From a virus, in IMG/VR virus record IMGVR_UViG_3300047444_000783, positions 32,001-96,000 of that record: a DNA stretch of 64,000 bases; one strand, 5' to 3'. The translations under genes were made by a program, and so were the position numbers. Below are positions 45,553 to 54,253 of this stretch, piece by piece. Below the pieces are notes generated by a model, which was given only the letters and a program-made list of their open reading frames with translations, was not told where the DNA came from and made no database searches. How positions within the stretch are numbered: the first letter of the stretch is position 1; every line of letters begins with the position of its first letter.

Positions 45553-48176
45553 TAGTTCAAGGTCAGCGTGCAGGTTGTCCGGTTGCCGTTGACGTCGACC
45601 GTGCAACTAATCACGTTCTTCGTATCGGCCGGGTCGCGGAAAACAATCGTCGAGGTCCCGCTGCCGGACGTTTTACCTCCAAGGGCGGATGCGATTAACC
45701 TCATAGCCTGGCGAAGGGTTTCATCGGCCCCGCTCGCCCGATCTAGTAAAGCGTCGGCCGCGCTGTTGTTACCAGCCGTCGAGAGCGAATAGCCGGCCTT
45801 GTCGTTATTGGTTCCGACCTTTACCTGTCCGGTCGTCAGATCGACCTGCCCGACGCCGGTTCCCTGGCTGACCTTCATCGTGTCTCCGGCCTGGGCTGCA
45901 GTCTTTGCCTGATCGTAGGCGGCCGTCAGAGCGTAGCCCGTCTTGTCGTTGTTGGTCGTGACGGTGACCCCGCCAGAAGCCAGACGCGAGGAGATAGCCA
46001 CGTCGATATTGTCCTTCAGGAGTTTGCCGACCGAACTGGCGGTCGCGAAGTCGCTCGAGGCTAGCAGGTCCTGCCAGACGGTAGCCGCTACCTGTGCGGC
46101 CGTCGGTGCCGTCGCACCCGGGATCGCATCGTACGGCAAGATCGCGAACGTGCTCGTGTTGTCTGGATTCGTCACCCAGGTCGCGACCGTCGCAATCTTC
46201 GTGCTGCCGACGTATGAGGTAATGAACTTCGCCTGCCCGGCGCCGGTTCCGCCCGTGATCAGAAGAAGATCGTTGCTGTAAAAATTATCAGTTGCCGAGG
46301 CCGATGCGTCGAGAGTGATCGTCGTCGCGGCTCCCGCCTGCGCGGTATTGCTACGAACGGTCTGCAGTCCCGTGTCTGCGGCGAAGGTCGCGCGATCGAT
46401 CGCGCCGTCGGCGATCACGCTCGCGTTCACGCTATTGGCCGCGAGCGATGCGACCTTGACCTGACCGGTCACAAGATCAATCTGGCCGGCGGCCGTGCCC
46501 TGGCTGACCTTCATCGTATCGCCAGCCTGAGCTGCTGTCTTTGCCGGGTCGTAAGCCGAGGTTAGAGCATAACCAGTCTTGTCGAGGTTCGTCGCGACCG
46601 TGACGTTCCCGCTCGCCAAACGACTCGAGATCGCCGCGTCGATGTTGTCGTGCAGCAGCTTGCCGATCGAAGCAGACGTCGAGAAGTCCGCCGAAGCAAG
46701 TAGGTCCTGCCAGACGGCCGTTGAAATCTGGCCGACCGTTGGGGCGCTCGCTCCAGGTACGACGTCGAATGGAAGGATGGCGAACGTGCTCGTGTTGTCC
46801 GGGTTCGTCGCCCATGTGCCGACGGTCGCGATCTTGGTCGCGCCAACATAGGCCGTGATGAACTTCGCCTGCCCGGCGCCGGTCCCGCCCGTGATCAAGA
46901 TCATGTCGTTGACGTAGAAGCTATTCGTCGCCGAAGCCCCGGCATCGAGCGTGATCGTCGTGGCCGCGCCAGCCGCCGCCGTATTCGACCGGATTGTCTG
47001 CAGCCCAGTGTCGGCCGCGAAAGTCGCTCGATCGATCGCCCCGTCTGCGATCGCGGCGGCCGTCACGCTATTCGCCGCCAGAGATGCGACGGCGACCGCT
47101 CCGCTCGACAGGTTGATCTGGTTCGCGCCCGTTCCCGAGCTGACCTTCATGATGTCGCCGGCTTGCGACGCTGTCTTTGCCGGATCGTAAGCGCTCGTCA
47201 GAGCATAGCCCGTCTTATCCAGGTTGGTCGCTACCGTCACATTGCCGGACGCCATTCGGGAGGAGATTGCCGCATCGATGTCGTCATGCAGCAGCTTACC
47301 TATCGAAGCGGCTGTTGAGAAATCGCTCGAGGCGAGCAGATCCTGCCAGACTGCCGTCGAGATCTGGCCGACTGTCGGGACGCTCGCGCCCGGGACGGAG
47401 TCGAATGGGAGGATAGCGAATGTGCTTGCCGCGGCTGGGTTTGTGGCCCAGGTCGCGACGGTCGCGACTTTCGTGCTGCCGACATACCCCGTTATAAATC
47501 GCGCCTGCCCGGCGCCGGTCCCACCCGTAATGAGAATGATGTCATTGTTGTAGAAGTTGTTTGTTGCCGACGCTCCGGCGTCGAGCGTAATCGTTGTAGC
47601 GGCTCCCGCCGTCGCGGTATTCGAACGGATCGACTGAAGCCCCGTGTCGGCGTTAAGGGCTGCGCGGTTGATCGCACCAGCCGACGCGCTGACCGTATTC
47701 ACGCCCAATTGAGCGGTCGCCGTGTTGACGGCCGCGCCAACAATCTGCCGGACGTCCACCTGGGCGTTCGTGATGTACCCGGTTGCGCTCGCTCCGTAGA
47801 AGGCGTCGTAAACGGCCGGCGTCACGACATAGCAGGGCTTGAAGACGTACAGAGCGCCCGCAACGTGAACGTTGATCTCGAGCGTCCCGACCGTCGATGT
47901 ATCTGTCGCATCGAGGGTTATATAATAATTGCCAGCCTCTTTGAAGGTCGCCCCTCCCGAGTTTTTGGCCACCGGATCAGCGCTTGCCTTCGCCAGGCGG
48001 ATATCGCTCGCGTTGATCGTCAGCGCGTTCTTTTCGGTATTCCCGTCTGACGGATCCAGGAACGGACCGATCAGATGGGTCTGAGCGCCAGTCGATTGCC
48101 GCAAGAAACACTGAGACCATGCTGGCGTCGAGACGGCGCAGAACAAAAGAATCCAGAGTAGCCGCAGTCGTTTCAT
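45552..48176 (-). CDS. Signal-peptide-bearing repeat protein (874 aa)
   Basis: MKRLRLLWILLFCAVSTPAWS|Q Sec-type leader; LRQST...IGPF.D..DG domain; three 212-aa repeats; TLRQAMRL...GNR C-terminus. Confidence 0.8.
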   Translation of the reverse strand: MKRLRLLWILLFCAVSTPAWSQCFLRQSTGAQTHLIGPFLDPSDGNTEKNALTINASDIRLAKASADPVAKNSGGATFKEAGNYYITLDATDTSTVGTLEINVHVAGALYVFKPCYVVTPAVYDAFYGASATGYITNAQVDVRQIVGAAVNTATAQLGVNTVSASAGAINRAALNADTGLQSIRSNTATAGAATTITLDAGASATNNFYNNDIILITGGTGAGQARFITGYVGSTKVATVATWATNPAAASTFAILPFDSVPGASVPTVGQISTAVWQDLLASSDFSTAASIGKLLHDDIDAAISSRMASGNVTVATNLDKTGYALTSAYDPAKTASQAGDIMKVSSGTGANQINLSSGAVAVASLAANSVTAAAIADGAIDRATFAADTGLQTIRSNTAAAGAATTITLDAGASATNSFYVNDMILITGGTGAGQAKFITAYVGATKIATVGTWATNPDNTSTFAILPFDVVPGASAPTVGQISTAVWQDLLASADFSTSASIGKLLHDNIDAAISSRLASGNVTVATNLDKTGYALTSAYDPAKTAAQAGDTMKVSQGTAAGQIDLVTGQVKVASLAANSVNASVIADGAIDRATFAADTGLQTVRSNTAQAGAATTITLDASASATDNFYSNDLLLITGGTGAGQAKFITSYVGSTKIATVATWVTNPDNTSTFAILPYDAIPGATAPTAAQVAATVWQDLLASSDFATASSVGKLLKDNIDVAISSRLASGGVTVTTNNDKTGYALTAAYDQAKTAAQAGDTMKVSQGTGVGQVDLTTGQVKVGTNNDKAGYSLSTAGNNSAADALLDRASGADETLRQAMRLIASALGGKTSGSGTSTIVFRDPADTKNVISCTVDVNGNRTTCTLTLN
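45810..47670 (-). repeat. Three tandem ~636-bp (212-aa) diverged repeats
   Basis: TCCTGCCAGA at 46069, 46705 and 47341 (exact 636-bp spacing); boundaries approximate. Confidence 0.9.
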
Positions 48177-51100
48177 TGTCGGTGTCTCCTGAAGAGTTCC
48201 ATTAAAATAGGTGCGATCGGGTTGGTAGCTCCGGCTGGTTTAAACGTCGCGACGTTCGCCAGCCAAGGACCGCTGTTGGAAGTCCAGGTCGCGGTCGCGG
48301 TGCCGCTCGACATCGCTATCTCGTATTGATTCCGCGCATCCTGCATTTGATTGAATCCAGCGCCGATCACTTCGCCACCGTTAATGTTCGCGCCAAAACC
48401 GAGGACGAGGTCACCCGTTGTGGCCGTTGCCGATGCCGATAAGGACGTGCCCGTCCCGTTGTTCGTCCCGGTATGGTCCAGCGGCGCCGTCTTGTCCGCG
48501 CCAACCCACTCGCTGACGTTGACCGTCAGGTAGTAGGGCGTGCTGATACCAGCCGTGTTCACCGTGATCGTGTTGGCGCCACCGGTGATATTTTTCGCGT
48601 AGTTCACGCATCCGATGACCCCGGTAGTCCCGAGATTGAGAATCGCTGACGGGTAGCTGTTTAATTGGCTGTCGGTGATGCTGCACGATCCGCCGGCATT
48701 GCTCAGGACGCAAGAGGCGTCCGGGCAATAGGTGATGGTGATGATATTCAGGTTCCCTGTAGTCTCAGGGATCGTGAGAGTCTGGCTTAGCGTCCCTCCA
48801 GGGCCGAGAATGATGCTCGACTGCAATTGGACCAGGCAGATCTGGTTGATCACGCAACTCTGGATATACGCGCCGATGCTCCACGGCGTCGTCCGGGGGT
48901 TACCATCCGCGTCCGTCGTGAACGTTGCGGATAGATCTAAGCCGGTGCCTGCCGCAGGGCTGCCTGGGCGAATATGGAAGTTGCCGGCCGCCGCATTAAC
49001 AAAGAGCGGATCGGTCATGCCTTCCGCTGTGCCGCATGGGGTGACGCTGCCGGCGTTCAGGTTGTTGCTGCACGTCTGTCCCGCCGTAGCATCGTTAATC
49101 GCATGACCATCCATATAGAAAATGTTGTTTTTAGCAATGACGCCGCTAGGAAGACCAGAGCCAAAGTTGTCAAAGGAGAGCGCATAGCCGGAGTTATTGA
49201 AAAGCGTATTGTTGTAGATAAAGGCTGAAGTGACCGGAGTAGAAGAAACATCAATGCCGTTGAAGTTACCGTAAACAACGTTGTTATATGCGGAGTTTCC
49301 TGCCCCAAGGCTGATAAGGATTCCGACGCACGTATCGCCTGTCACCGTGTTGTTGCGGATTACGTTCGCATGGTTGGAATGGTAAAGAACGATCGACTGG
49401 CAATAGGTATTCGTGATTCGGTTGCCGTCTATTATCGTATTGTGAGAATCCGTCGTATCGTCGCCTACATAAACGGCATGGTCGAACGCTGAAGAATTCG
49501 CTCGCCCTGTATCGATGATGTCGTTGTTCAGAATTGAACTGTTGCTAAGATCTCCTTCAATGGCGCTCCCTTCACTGACGTTCGTTCCATCGCCACCCGC
49601 CTTGTAGACCGTCCCATTTTTGACCGTCACGTCAGTCAACGCACTCCCCGGAGGAGCTAGGACGCCACCGCACTGGGCAACGAAATGAGCGTTGCAGTCG
49701 ATATAGAAACCATCAATCGTGATGTGACTGTGGGTCAACAGAAACCCGTAGTGCGTGTTGGCTGGACGGATCTTGGCGGCGTTACGGTTCGCCGCTTGGA
49801 TGATCGTCGGCGCACCCATTGAACCAACTGGCGGATTGATGTCCTGTTCGTCGTAGTTTCCATCGCCGACGATGAGCGTGTTACCGCCGACAAGGCAGCC
49901 AACTCCTCCACCAATCGTCTGCCGCGCGTGCGCGTCATCGTTTACTGTCGCCAGCGCGCACGGGTGCGTATCGTCGCCGGTCGTCCGCACGTAGTAGGTC
50001 GTCGCATTCGCAATGAAAGCCCCGGCATCCCAGGCGCCCATGCTCGGACGTGGGTTACCATCGAAGTCCGTGCAAAACGTTCCACAGAGATTCGTGCCGA
50101 ACCCGGCGGCCGGGCTGCCTGGATTAACGTGGAAATCGCCAGATCCGGCGGCGGCGAAGAGTGGGTCAGTCATCCCTTCTGTTGGATTGCATCCTGGGGC
50201 TATATTGAAATTGTTGCTGCAGGTCTCGCCGGAGAAAGAGGTCATCCCATCAGTGTTGATGCCAACACCATTATTCATATAGCAGAGGTTGTTTTCGATG
50301 GTGTTCCCTACTTGAGTGCTTCCTGAAGAACTTCTATAGATGCAACCCCCAGTATTTCCATAGATGGTATTATTCGCGAATAAAACATTTGCAGGGTCGG
50401 CATAGAAATTTACCCCGTATCCCCCATTGGTCACACCGGTGATGGTTACGTTGTAAACTTGGGTACCGCTTGTGCAATTTGCTATGAAAATCCCAACGCG
50501 AGGACTGCCATTTATGGAGCTATTGCGCAGAATGTTATTGAGGCCAGCACCAGCGTCGCAGGAACCATTTCTGAACTGGACCGCCCCTTCTGCGATGTTG
50601 ACAAACGTGTTGCCGTCGATAGTGTTATCTGATTCCTGAATGTAATAGCCTAGACCTTCATAGTTGTTGTCGAGACCGGCGCAAAATCCTCCAATGTCGT
50701 GAATATAGTTATTGGTGAATTGGTCGAAGGTAGAACCGTGCGTTCCTGGCCCAAGGTTGTCTGTGACTTCAACCGCATTTGAAGTGCTGGAGCAGTTCGA
50801 ATTATCGATGTGTTGAAAATGATGTATCTCTGAATTGACGATATCGATGTGATCGCTGTGGTTCAACCGGAACCCGTCATTCGTTGCTGGCGTATTCGCC
50901 CCATCTTCCGCTATCCCGTCGAATCTGATGTAGGATCTGCTCAACATCCAAATGACGCCAACTCCGCCGGCTGGAAGATTGATCGTCGGCTTGATGACAG
51001 CCATCCGATTATTAACAGCCTTGATGGTGGTTGGGGCACCCATCGAGCCGGACGGAATCGTGTCCGGAATGAGGGTATCGTACGTTCCGTCGTTCAGCAT

Positions 51101-52726
51101 CAACGTGTCGCCGGCAAGTGCTGTCAAGCACGCAATCCCGCCCGCAACCGTCTTCTTCGCGTGCGCGTCGTCGTTCGTCGTCGCCGAGGCGCAGGACCCT
51201 GCGTCGGAGGCGGCGGTCGTGCGAACGTAGTACGTCGCTCCCGTATAACCGGCTGGAAACGAGCAGCCGCCGGTATTGACATGCAAACGATTTTGCACGT
51301 CGAAAGCCGACTGTCCGGCGACATCATTTAATCCGCCAACGGCTGCTCCATGGGGAAATGCGCCAGTTGACGCGTCCCACAACCTGGCAGTCGTCAATAT
51401 TCCATTGACATATTCATAAAGAACGTTAGCCCCAATATCAGATCCGCCCAATCCAGCGCCGTGAAGATTAGACGCTGCCGGGATCCAGGCATAGCATGTA
51501 CCGAGTCCTGTCGGAGCGGATGTGGATGCGTTCGTAATGTTCGCATTCGGCGGCGCTGGACTATAGTTGGTTCCATTGCCGCTGGCCACCGTGTAGTTCA
51601 GGGTCCAGGTCGTCGTGGCCGTTATCTCAAATCCAAAACTTGACGAGTTGTTAATCGAGAGGCACCCCGTGCAGAAGAATGAAGGCGACGGCGCCGGGTT
51701 CGTACCGGCCGGCGCATCTGCCACAATTCCAATGCTGGTTCCGCTGCCAAACACCGACACGTTCGAGACCTGGGTATTAAGTGCCCCTCGTGGATAGATC
51801 CCCGCTTGATTTGGGTTGATGACGACCGCGTTTTTGATCGTGGTATTGGTCGGGAATGTTCCAGGATTTCGCGAGGCCTCCGTAGCCCCGTAATAATCGT
51901 TCAGCGAAATGTTTCCCAACTCCTGGTTGCTGTCGGATGTGGCCGTCGCTTGAATATCGATCCCGTCATCATTATTCTCCGAGATGTTGTTTTCAAGGAT
52001 GTCGCCGCTTTCCGGGTACGGATTGAACGCCGCATCGCCACGCAACACGTTACTGGAGACGAAGCCACTGGGGATATCCGCATACAACCTGGAATTCGCG
52101 TAGTTCCTCCTGTACGTGTTGTTCGACCCATTCTTTGTGACCACCGCGCTCCGGTGAAAGTAATAAAACTCGTTCTCCTCGATCAGAGAGTTCGTGATCG
52201 CAATGAACAGCAAGTGCTCACAATTGCAATACCGGTTATTGTGGTCGAAAATGTTTCGTCGGACCGTGATGTGGTCCCCGGTATTGAACGCCAGTAGGTC
52301 ATCGAACAGCCCGACTCCTGGCTGATCCGCGCTTTGAAAGTGCAAGCCGAGCACGCTCCAGTAGGAGCAGTGAGTCGCGAACATCGCAAACGTCGAGTTC
52401 ATTGCAGTCGCGTCGATCAGCGCCTGCCGTTCGTTCTCTGCAACGATTGTCACGGGGTTGCCTGCCGTCCCGTTATGAGCCGTCCCACTACAGTCAGCCG
52501 AAAGGAACCCGCTATTGCTCCCGTTGTAAGTCCCGTTCCGAAGAGTCAGGGTGTCGCCTGCGGTGATGATTGGGACTGCGTGAGCAAACGTCTTCCATGG
52601 AGACCCTGAAGACGTGCCCGGATTGGCGTCAGAACCGGTGGGCGAGATCCAGTATGTCGTGGCCGAGACTGTCCCCGGCAGCGCGATTAAAAACAGGCAA
52701 AGTAGAAAGATGATTTTCTTAAACAC
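48173..52726 (-). CDS. Signal-peptide-bearing protein with three tandem beta-helix (DUF1565/pectin-lyase-like) modules (~1517 aa)
   Basis: GTG start after GGGGTAGGT: MFKKIIFLLCLFLIALPGTVSA|TTYWISPTGSD. Modules open with TYWISPTGSD / TYYVRTT / TYYVRTT; DPLF...FH..PGSPA...D.DGNPR endings; many Cys pairs. Confidence 0.85.
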   Translation of the reverse strand: MFKKIIFLLCLFLIALPGTVSATTYWISPTGSDANPGTSSGSPWKTFAHAVPIITAGDTLTLRNGTYNGSNSGFLSADCSGTAHNGTAGNPVTIVAENERQALIDATAMNSTFAMFATHCSYWSVLGLHFQSADQPGVGLFDDLLAFNTGDHITVRRNIFDHNNRYCNCEHLLFIAITNSLIEENEFYYFHRSAVVTKNGSNNTYRRNYANSRLYADIPSGFVSSNVLRGDAAFNPYPESGDILENNISENNDDGIDIQATATSDSNQELGNISLNDYYGATEASRNPGTFPTNTTIKNAVVINPNQAGIYPRGALNTQVSNVSVFGSGTSIGIVADAPAGTNPAPSPSFFCTGCLSINNSSSFGFEITATTTWTLNYTVASGNGTNYSPAPPNANITNASTSAPTGLGTCYAWIPAASNLHGAGLGGSDIGANVLYEYVNGILTTARLWDASTGAFPHGAAVGGLNDVAGQSAFDVQNRLHVNTGGCSFPAGYTGATYYVRTTAASDAGSCASATTNDDAHAKKTVAGGIACLTALAGDTLMLNDGTYDTLIPDTIPSGSMGAPTTIKAVNNRMAVIKPTINLPAGGVGVIWMLSRSYIRFDGIAEDGANTPATNDGFRLNHSDHIDIVNSEIHHFQHIDNSNCSSTSNAVEVTDNLGPGTHGSTFDQFTNNYIHDIGGFCAGLDNNYEGLGYYIQESDNTIDGNTFVNIAEGAVQFRNGSCDAGAGLNNILRNSSINGSPRVGIFIANCTSGTQVYNVTITGVTNGGYGVNFYADPANVLFANNTIYGNTGGCIYRSSSGSTQVGNTIENNLCYMNNGVGINTDGMTSFSGETCSNNFNIAPGCNPTEGMTDPLFAAAGSGDFHVNPGSPAAGFGTNLCGTFCTDFDGNPRPSMGAWDAGAFIANATTYYVRTTGDDTHPCALATVNDDAHARQTIGGGVGCLVGGNTLIVGDGNYDEQDINPPVGSMGAPTIIQAANRNAAKIRPANTHYGFLLTHSHITIDGFYIDCNAHFVAQCGGVLAPPGSALTDVTVKNGTVYKAGGDGTNVSEGSAIEGDLSNSSILNNDIIDTGRANSSAFDHAVYVGDDTTDSHNTIIDGNRITNTYCQSIVLYHSNHANVIRNNTVTGDTCVGILISLGAGNSAYNNVVYGNFNGIDVSSTPVTSAFIYNNTLFNNSGYALSFDNFGSGLPSGVIAKNNIFYMDGHAINDATAGQTCSNNLNAGSVTPCGTAEGMTDPLFVNAAAGNFHIRPGSPAAGTGLDLSATFTTDADGNPRTTPWSIGAYIQSCVINQICLVQLQSSIILGPGGTLSQTLTIPETTGNLNIITITYCPDASCVLSNAGGSCSITDSQLNSYPSAILNLGTTGVIGCVNYAKNITGGANTITVNTAGISTPYYLTVNVSEWVGADKTAPLDHTGTNNGTGTSLSASATATTGDLVLGFGANINGGEVIGAGFNQMQDARNQYEIAMSSGTATATWTSNSGPWLANVATFKPAGATNPIAPILMELFRRHRQ

Positions 52727-52728
52727 AC

Positions 52729-53148
52729 CTACCCCAATTGCAGTTGAATCAATCCGGTCGGGCCGTTGAACGTCAGCGGCCACGACTCAGACTCGTTAAG
52801 AAAGACGGATGCCCCGTAATCAAACCAGGCGATCAGCGGATGATTGCTCGGCGTCGCGTTATAAATCACGATGTACCGGTATGGGCCGACGGACCCGTGT
52901 GACGCCTGGAGCGCAAGATCCTTGCACACCAGTTTGTACAGGCCGGCGGTCTGAGTCGATGAGATGACCGTGATATCGCGCGCGCTGCAGTGCCTGTAGC
53001 GGACTTCGTGGATGCTCGAGAGTACCCGATTTAACGGGCTGGGCTGGGTATTGGTGAGCGCGACCTTAAGGTCGTCGGACCCGAGGTTGTGAACCCCATT
53101 GGCGAGATCCGCCACGAACTGCTGGAACAGATTGTAGACGGCCGTCAT
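52729..53148 (-). CDS. Fibre-associated structural protein (139 aa)
   Basis: FQQFVADLANGVHNL...LKVALTN...GPYRYIVIYNAT...LIAWFDYG. Confidence 0.8.
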   Translation of the reverse strand: MTAVYNLFQQFVADLANGVHNLGSDDLKVALTNTQPSPLNRVLSSIHEVRYRHCSARDITVISSTQTAGLYKLVCKDLALQASHGSVGPYRYIVIYNATPSNHPLIAWFDYGASVFLNESESWPLTFNGPTGLIQLQLG

Positions 53149-53160
53149 TCATCGTCATCC

Positions 53161-53787
53161 TCAGTACGTTACTGGAATCTTGCTCAACATCGAATCGTTC
53201 GGCGCTACCTGGGGCGGCGGAGACACGGCTTCCGTGTCTCCCTGGACAACTTTCGGGACTTCCTCACGCATGCGCGCGATAAAGCCCTGAATGAATGGCA
53301 TAAGCGTCGGATCTTCTTTTCCGATCGGCGGCAACTGCATTTCGATCTGCATTGCCGTATCCATTGCCCCGCCCGTCGATGGGGCGGCTGGCATCGATGG
53401 CGGCCCCGGAGGTGGCGATCCCCCGGGACCGACTGGGCCGGCTGCAGGGACGGGAGGACCGGCGCCCGCAGACGCTGCTGGAGGGGGTGGACCTCCAGCT
53501 AGACCCGCAAGAGCGGCCGGCAAGCCGCCCATGCGTGATTGCAATTCGACGTTGAGACGATCGACGTCCGGGCCGAGAGCCGGCACCTGGCGCGCGACCG
53601 TCGTGAGTAGCGGCTGCACCTGCTGAATCTTCTGAGTCAGATCCGGGTTGGTTGCGGCAGGTGGTGCTCCACCGCCGAGGCCGGCCAGGATAGAACTCAG
53701 ATCCAACGGTCCGCCGCCCGCAGGCTTCATCTGGGCCTGGACGTCCGGCGGTGGTGGAGGCGCTAGACCAACGTCAGGGATGGGCAT
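53161..53787 (-). CDS. Pro-rich head-associated protein (208 aa)
   Basis: Post-portal position, duplicated helical segment. Confidence 0.65.
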   Translation of the reverse strand: MPIPDVGLAPPPPPDVQAQMKPAGGGPLDLSSILAGLGGGAPPAATNPDLTQKIQQVQPLLTTVARQVPALGPDVDRLNVELQSRMGGLPAALAGLAGGPPPPAASAGAGPPVPAAGPVGPGGSPPPGPPSMPAAPSTGGAMDTAMQIEMQLPPIGKEDPTLMPFIQGFIARMREEVPKVVQGDTEAVSPPPQVAPNDSMLSKIPVTY

Positions 53788-53790
53788 GAA

Positions 53791-53985
53791 TTAGCGACCG
53801 CCGCCCTCCGGAATACCGGTCTCGCCGTACTTCGTGCGGACATTCAGACCGTCCGCGCCAGTCTGCAGCGGAGCGTGTGTCCCCGGAGAATCAAGGAACG
53901 GTGCGCGCGGTGCTTCGACCGTGCCCTCTTCGTGGCCCACGAATGCGCCACCGCTTGTCGGAAACTGTACTTTACCGTCAGCCAT
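53791..53985 (-). CDS. Small hypothetical protein (64 aa)
   Basis: SD AGGAGG. Confidence 0.7.
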   Translation of the reverse strand: MADGKVQFPTSGGAFVGHEEGTVEAPRAPFLDSPGTHAPLQTGADGLNVRTKYGETGIPEGGGR

Positions 53986-54008
53986 GAGAACCTCCTGAAT
54001 TAGTGAAC

Positions 54009-54221
54009 TTACCGACCGGCCGATCGGCCAGGCCGACGACCACTCTTTTTGGCGAAGCGATTGGCTGTGCTGTGGAGTCGCCCGACGGCTCTGCCGAGGC
54101 GCTTCGGATCCGCATGGATTTCGTCCGTGCGCATCAGATTCTGCACGTCATCCCGAGTCTGCCATTCGTCATGGTCGGGATCCAGTGATGACGGCATCGC
54201 CACATTGCCCTTCTTCGCCAT
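54009..54221 (-). CDS. Small basic hypothetical protein (70 aa)
   Basis: SD GAGG; WQTRDDVQNL.R..EI..DP.R pattern. Confidence 0.7.
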   Translation of the reverse strand: MAKKGNVAMPSSLDPDHDEWQTRDDVQNLMRTDEIHADPKRLGRAVGRLHSTANRFAKKSGRRPGRSAGR

Positions 54222-54253
54222 AGAACCTCTCAGACTTTAGAGTAAGCGGACTG

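Noticed and set aside
43100-47670. Repeats as a CRISPR array or DGR template/variable pair
   Set aside because: They are in-frame coding repeats with synonymous variation, no unique spacers or evident adenine-specific pattern, and no cas or reverse transcriptase gene in the window.
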